From assembly GCF_009914755.1 (NCBI RefSeq), contig NC_060940.1: 64,000 nt of DNA; one strand, 5' to 3'. Each line of letters begins with the position of its first letter. The stretch's first letter is position 1. The notes under the pieces were generated by a model. That model saw only the letters and a program-made list of their open reading frames with translations. It was not told where the DNA came from and searched no databases. The stretch comes from the human T2T-CHM13v2.0 reference genome, Homo sapiens. A program made the translations under genes and the position numbers. This document shows, piece by piece, positions 54,904 through 64,000 of this stretch.

Positions 54904-57900
54904 CCTTGTTGGCTGTGTGCATGTCTTCCTCAGAAAAGTGCCTGTTCATGTCCTTTGCCCACTTTTTAATAAGGTTGTTAGTTTAATAAGTTTTTTTTTT
55001 TGTAAATTTGTTTAAGTTTCTTATAGATGCTGAATATTAGACCTTTGTCAATTAATAGTTTCAAATATTTTCTCTCATTCTGCAGGTTGTCTATTTACTC
55101 TGTTGATAGTTTCTTTTGCTGTGCAGAAACTCTTTAGTTTAGTCAGCTCTCATTTGTCAATTTTTGCTATTGTTGCAATTGCTTTTGGTGTTTTCATCAT
55201 GAAATCTTTGCCCATTCCAATGTCCAGAATAGTATTGCCTCGGTTGTGTTCTGGGTGCTTACAGTTTTGAGCCTTACATTTAAGTTTTTAATTCATGTTG
55301 AATTGATTTTTGTATGTGGTGTAAGGAAAGGGTCCAGTTTCAATCTTCTACATATGGCTAGCCAGTTATCCCAGCACCCTTTATTGAATAAGGAGTCTTT
55401 TCCCAATTGCCTGTTTTTGTCAGCTTTGTTAAAAATCAGATGGCTGTAGGTGTTTGGCCTTATTTCTCAGCTATCTGTTCCATTGGTCTATGTGTCTGTT
55501 TTTGTACTAGTACCATGCTGTTGGGTTTCTGTAGCACTGTAGTGTAGTCTGAAGTGGAGTAACATGATGCCTCCACCTTTGTTCTTTTTGCTTAGGATTG
55601 CCTTGGCCCTTCAGGCTCACTTTTGGTTCCATATGAATTTGAAAATAGTTTTTTATATGTTTGTGAAGTATGACATTTGTCATTTGATAGGAATAGCATT
55701 GAATCTGTAAATTGCTTTGGGCAGCATGGCCATTTTAATGATATTAATTCTTCCTGTCTATGAGCTTGCAGTGTTTTTCCATTTGTTTGTGTCATCTCTG
55801 ATTTCTTTGAGCAGTGTTTTGTAATTCTCATTGTACAAATTTTTTACCTACCTGGTCAACCATATTCTTAATTATTTTATTAATTTTGTGGCAGTTGTAA
55901 ATGGGATTGTGTTTCTGATTCAGCTATTGGTTTCACTTCTGTTGGTGTATAGGAATACTAGTGATTTTTGTACAAAATGGTTCTGTATTCTGAGACTTTG
56001 GTTAAGTTTTTTTATCAGCTTAGGAACTTTTGAATAGAGACTATGGGGTTTTGTAGATATAGACTTATGTCATTTGCAAATAGGGATAGTTTGACTTCCT
56101 CTTTTCCTATTTGAATGTACTTTATTTTTTTCTCTTGCCTGATTGCTCTGGCCTGAACTTCCAATACTATGTTGAAGGGGAATGCTTTCAGGTTTTGCCC
56201 ATTCTGTATGATGTTGGCTTTGGGTTTGCAATAGATGACTCTTATTATCTTGAGGTATTTCTTTCAATACCTAGTTTATTAAGAGTTTTTAACATAAATG
56301 TTGAATTTTATCAAAAGCCTTTTTTGAATCATATTGAGATAATCATGTGGTTTTTGTATTTCATTCTGTTTATGTGATGAATCACATTTATATTTGAGCC
56401 AACTTTACATCCTAGGAATGAATCCTGCTTAATTGTGGTGGATAGGTTTTTTGATGTACTTCTGGATTTAGTTGGCCAGTATTTTGTTGAGGACTTTTTA
56501 CATCAATGTTCATCAGGGATATTTGGCCCAAAGTTTTCTTTTTTTGTTGCATCTCTGCCAGGTTTTGTTATCAGGATGACACTGACCTCATAGAATGAGT
56601 TAGATAAAATATTTTCCTCCTCAATTTTTTGAAATAGTTTCGGTAGCAATGGTACCAGCACTTATTTGTACATCTGGTAGAATTTGACTATGAATCTGTC
56701 TGTTCCTGGGTATTTTTTTTTTTTTTTGGTTGGCAGGCTATTACTGACTCAATTTGAGTTTCTTATTGGTCTGTTCAGGGGATCAATTTCTTACTGGTTC
56801 AGTCTGGGAAGGGTGTACGAGTCCAGGAATGCATCCATCTTTTATCCGTTTCTTTTAGGTTTTCTAGTTTGTGTACATGGATGTGTTCATTGTAGTCTCT
56901 GATTGTTATTTATATTTCTGTGGGGTAGTGGTGACATCCTCTTTGTCATTTATAATTGTTTTTATTTGGATCATCTCTCTTTCCTTCTTTATTAGACCAG
57001 CTAGTAGTCTATCTATCTGATTTATTTATTTTTTGGAAACAAACTGCTGGATTTGTTGATTTTTTGAATAATTTCATGTTTTGATCTCCTGCAGTTCAGC
57101 TTGGATTTTTGTTATTTTTGTCTTCTATTAGCTTTAGAGTTGGTTTGCTCTTGCTTCTCTCATTATTTTAGTTGTGATGTTAGGTTGTTAATTTGAGATC
57201 TTTCTGACCTTTCAATGTGGCCTTTTAGTGCTATAAATTTCCCTCTTAACACTGCCTTAGCTGTGTCCCAGAGATTCTGGCATATTTTGTATTTATTCTC
57301 ATTAGTGTCAATGAACTTCTTGACTTCTGCTTTAATTTCATTATTTACCCAAAAGTCATTCAGGAGCAGTTTGTTTAATTTTTATGGCATTGCATGGTTT
57401 TGAGTGATTTTTAAACTCTTGATTTCTATTTTAACTCTGCTATGGTTTGAGAATTTGGTTTTTCTTCCTTTTTTGCATTTGCTAAGGATTTTTTTTATGT
57501 ACAATTATATGGCTGATTTTAAAGTATGTCCCATGTGATGATGAGAAGAATGTATATTCTGTTTTAGGGTGAAGAGTTCTGTAGTGGTCTATAAGATCAG
57601 TTTGGTCCAATGTTGAATTCAGGTTTGATATCTTTGTTAATTTTCTGCCTTGATGACCTGTCTAATACTGTAAGTGGGGTGTTGAAGTTTCCCAGTACTA
57701 TTGTATGGGAGTCAAGTCTGTTTGTAGGTCTCTAAGAACTTGCTTTATGATTCTGAATGCGCCTGTGTTGAGTGCATATACATTTAGGATAATGAAGTCT
57801 TCTTGTTTATTTTAACCCTTTACTATTATGTAATGTATTCTGTATGTAAACCCTTTGTCTTTTTTGATATGCTTTGGTTTAAAGTCTGCTTTGTGTAAAA

Positions 57901-60456
57901 TTAGGACTGCAACTCCTGCTTCTTTGGATTTCCATTTGTTTGGTTGATTTTCCTCCATCTCTTTATTTTGAGCCTATAGGTGTCACTGAACATGAGATAA
58001 GTCTCTTGAAGACAGCATATCATTGGGTCTTTCTTTTTATCTAGATTACCACTTTGTGCCTTTTAATGGGAACATTTAGCCTGTTTACCTTAAAGGTTAG
58101 TATTGATATGTATGGATTTAATCCTGTCACTTTATTGTTAGCTGTTTATAATGCCAGAGTGTTTGTGTGGTTGCTTTATAGTGTCACTGGTCTGTGTACA
58201 TAAGTGTGTTCTTATAATGGCTGGTAATGATCTTTCCATCTTTAGTCCTCCTTTCAAGAGCTCTTGTAAGGTGGGTCTGGTGGTAACGGATTCCTTCAGC
58301 ATGTAGTTACCTGAAAAGGTTATTTCTCCTTCTACTAGGAAGTTTAGTTTGGCTAGATACGAAATTCTTGGTTGAAGATTTTTTCTTTAAGAATGTTGAA
58401 TATAGGCCTCCAATCTTTTCTGGCATGTAGGGTTTCTGCTGGGAGGTCCACTGTTGGCCTGATGGGGTTCCCTTTATAGGTTACCTGCTCTTTCTCTTTA
58501 GCTGCCTTTAACATTCTTCCTTTCATTTCAGCCTTGAAAACTCTGATGACTATGTGTCTTGTAGATGATCTTCTTGTGTAGAATCTTGCAGGAGTTCTCT
58601 GTATTTCTGAATTTGATTATTGGCCTTTCTAGTGAGGTTGGGGAAATTTTTCATGAACAATATCCTGAAATATATCTCCCAAGTTGTTTGCTTACTCTCT
58701 GTCCCTTTCAGGGATGCCAGTGATTCATAGATTTGGCCTCTTCATATAATCCCACATTTTTCAAATATTTTCTTCATTTCTTTTTATTCTTTTTTCTTAA
58801 TTTTTGTCATTGTCTTATTTCAGAGCCAGTTCAAGTTCTGAGATTATTTCCTCAGTTTGCTCTATTCTACTGCTAATACTTGTGATTGCATTGTAAAATT
58901 ATTATGGTGTGTTTTTCATCTCTATCATATCAATTGGGTTCTTTTTTCATACTGGCTATTTTTTTCTGTATTGTTATATTGCAATTCCTAGTTTCCTTGG
59001 ATTGAGTTTTGCCATTCTCCTGAATCTTCATGATTTTCTTTTCTATACATATTGTGAATTCTATTTCTGTCATTTCAGCCAGCTCAGCCTGGTTAAGAAC
59101 TCTTGTCAGCAAACTAGTGCTATCACGTTGAAAATATAAGAAACTGGCCATTTGAATTGCTGCAGTTCTTGCATTGCTTCTTTCTCATCTCTGTGTGTTA
59201 GTGTTCCTTTAACTGTGATGTAGATTGAGTACAGTCAGTAGTCTTCTTTTCTAGATGTTTTCACAAGGCTGAGGCTTTGTGCAGGGTCTTCATTTGTAGC
59301 TGACTTCTAGTCTTTGGTTTCACAGGAAGGCATGTAAGTGAGGTATTTTGGTGTTGAAGCTTTGGGGTGTGATCTATTAGGAGGTGCTTAGGTGTAGTGG
59401 TCAGTTAGTAGGCTCTTGCTCAGTCATGTGAATCCCCTAATTTTTCTCAAATTTGCAGCTGTGCTCCTTCTCAATGCTCTCAAAGAGTGGCCTCCTCTCC
59501 CACTTGAGTGTTGGCTACAGACCATGGCTTGGCACTCCTGGATTGCTCATCACAGCTTTGGGATAATCTCCAGGTTTATGTTTCCCCCACAACTTGGAGG
59601 CAGCAGAGGAAGGAAACATAGCAGTACTTGTGGCCAAGGGTCTTTTACTTGTCTACTGGAGGTTCTACTCAAGAGAGGTGCAGGTCAGCAATTGCTCAGT
59701 ATGATCACTCCTGGGATGGGGTATCTGTGCTGTGGGCCCAAGACAGTGGTTTGCTGCCTGCTGATGAGCAGAGGGGGTGAGTGAGACCTATGGGAGACAG
59801 CTTGGCCTCTTCTCCTTGGGTTGACTGCTGCTTACTGAAGATGTAAATGAGGCACTTAGGGTCTTTGCTCCTTTGTTAGTCCAAAGATAGCAGGGGTAGT
59901 ACCACTGCAACGGCAGTGGCAGAGTGAGTTTCAGTTGCCCCTTGGGGCTCCACCTTCAAGAAATGTGGAACAGCTGCTACGAGGAGTGTTCAGCCAGTGG
60001 GGTGGGGTTGCTGCACTGCTGGTGTGGGCTTGGAGCTCACCTTGTTGGGGAGGTGGGGTCAAAGGCTCACTGGGAGGACAGACTGGTTTTCTCTTTGGAT
60101 GGTGACTGTGGCATGTTGTAAGCTTGGGCATAGCCCTCAAGCTCTTTGTTTTATCCCCAGGCCAAGAACAGCAGGGATAGAATCACTGCTGATGTAGTGG
60201 CAGAGGAGTTGTCAGATGCCTCTGGGAGCCTCTCTCCAGGGAGACTCTGAGCCACTATCAATGGATATGCTCAGCAGTGGGTGGAGCAACTGTTCTGCAG
60301 TCATGGCTGGAGGCCCTGCCTGGTGAAGATTGAGGGGAAGGTATTCCCAGGAAAGAGGGGTTGGACTCTTCTCTGTGTGGTGACTGCAGTGTGCTGGAAG
60401 TGCCAGTATAGTGACTAGGCCCTTTGTCTTTCCATAGCTCAAGTGCCGTTAGGGCA

Positions 60457-63195
<2,739 letters not shown>

Positions 63196-64000
63196 GGGTG
63201 GTACCATTGCAACGGCAGTGGCAAAAGGGTTGTGGGTTGACTCTTGGAACTCCTCCTCAGGGTAATGCTGGACTGATTCTTATTGAAGTAGTCAGGTAGG
63301 GACAGGGTGGTTGTGCTGAAGTCTCAAGTCAGGCAGCTATGCCCAGTGAGGAGGAGTGACTACCAGGACCTGTGTGGAGAATAGCCTGGCCACTTTTTCA
63401 TGAGGTGAGTGCTCTCTGCTGGGAATCCTGAGCAGCCCTGGTCCTGCATACTTTCCAGAGCCTGGAGACAGCAACAGCATGGGCTGTGAGACAGCAAAGA
63501 GAGCATCCCACTCCTCCCACTAGGAGCTCTGTCCCAGGGAGTTGCAGAGCTGCTACTGGGTTGATAGCCACAGCAGGAGTTGGCTGGAGACCAAGAGCAG
63601 GAGGACTCACTCAGTGAGGAGATAAGGGGACCCACATAACAAACAGTCTGGTCACTTTTCTATAGGGCTGCTGCAGTATGCTGGGTGCCTGCTCCAGTCC
63701 CTAGTTACCCCAGATTTGTCAGTACCTGAAGGCATCAACAGTGAAGACTGCTAAACAGCAAAAATGGCAACCTGATCCTCCCTCTTGGTGCTCTATTTAA
63801 GGGAGGTTTGAAACTTCTGCCTGCAGGAAAACACCGGCATGTGTGGCTGGTGACCCTAGTTGGGAAGTTTGGCCTAGTTATGAGGAGCAAGATCAGGGAT
63901 CTGCATTAAAAAAGCAGTCTGGCCACTCTTTTATAGAGCAGCTGTGCTGTGTTGGGTGTCCAATCCAGCCCCAGGTCTCTTTGCACTCTCCAAAGACTGA

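Overview
AT-rich, CpG-depleted primate (human-like) nuclear DNA, apparently intergenic or deep intronic; roughly three quarters is recognisable transposable-element fossil. It holds seven to eight L1 copies of different ages, 14 Alus, solo ERV1 LTRs (LTR8-, MER4E-, MER41-, LTR9/MER50- and MER34-like), MaLR elements (two solo LTRs and one complete MSTA-type LTR-int-LTR provirus), MIR, L2, MER5 and MER81 relics, and microsatellites. I can support no host protein-coding exon, RNA gene, CpG island or CRISPR array; the long ORFs are L1, Alu, LTR or chance ORFs. I do not see a new biological system. The most unusual structures are: (1) a ~1.03-kb non-L1, polyadenylated, TSD-flanked insert (orphan transduction or retrocopy) in L1 ORF1 at 50321-51348; (2) its host L1, with a twin-priming 5' inversion, itself nested in an older L1; (3) an ancient palindromic MER136-like hairpin near 38.2 kb; (4) ~60-bp and ~280-bp degenerate monomer arrays in two L1 5' regions; (5) perfect recent tandem duplications. 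Family names come from remembered consensus sequences, not a search, so subfamily calls are tentative and boundaries without TSDs are approximate.
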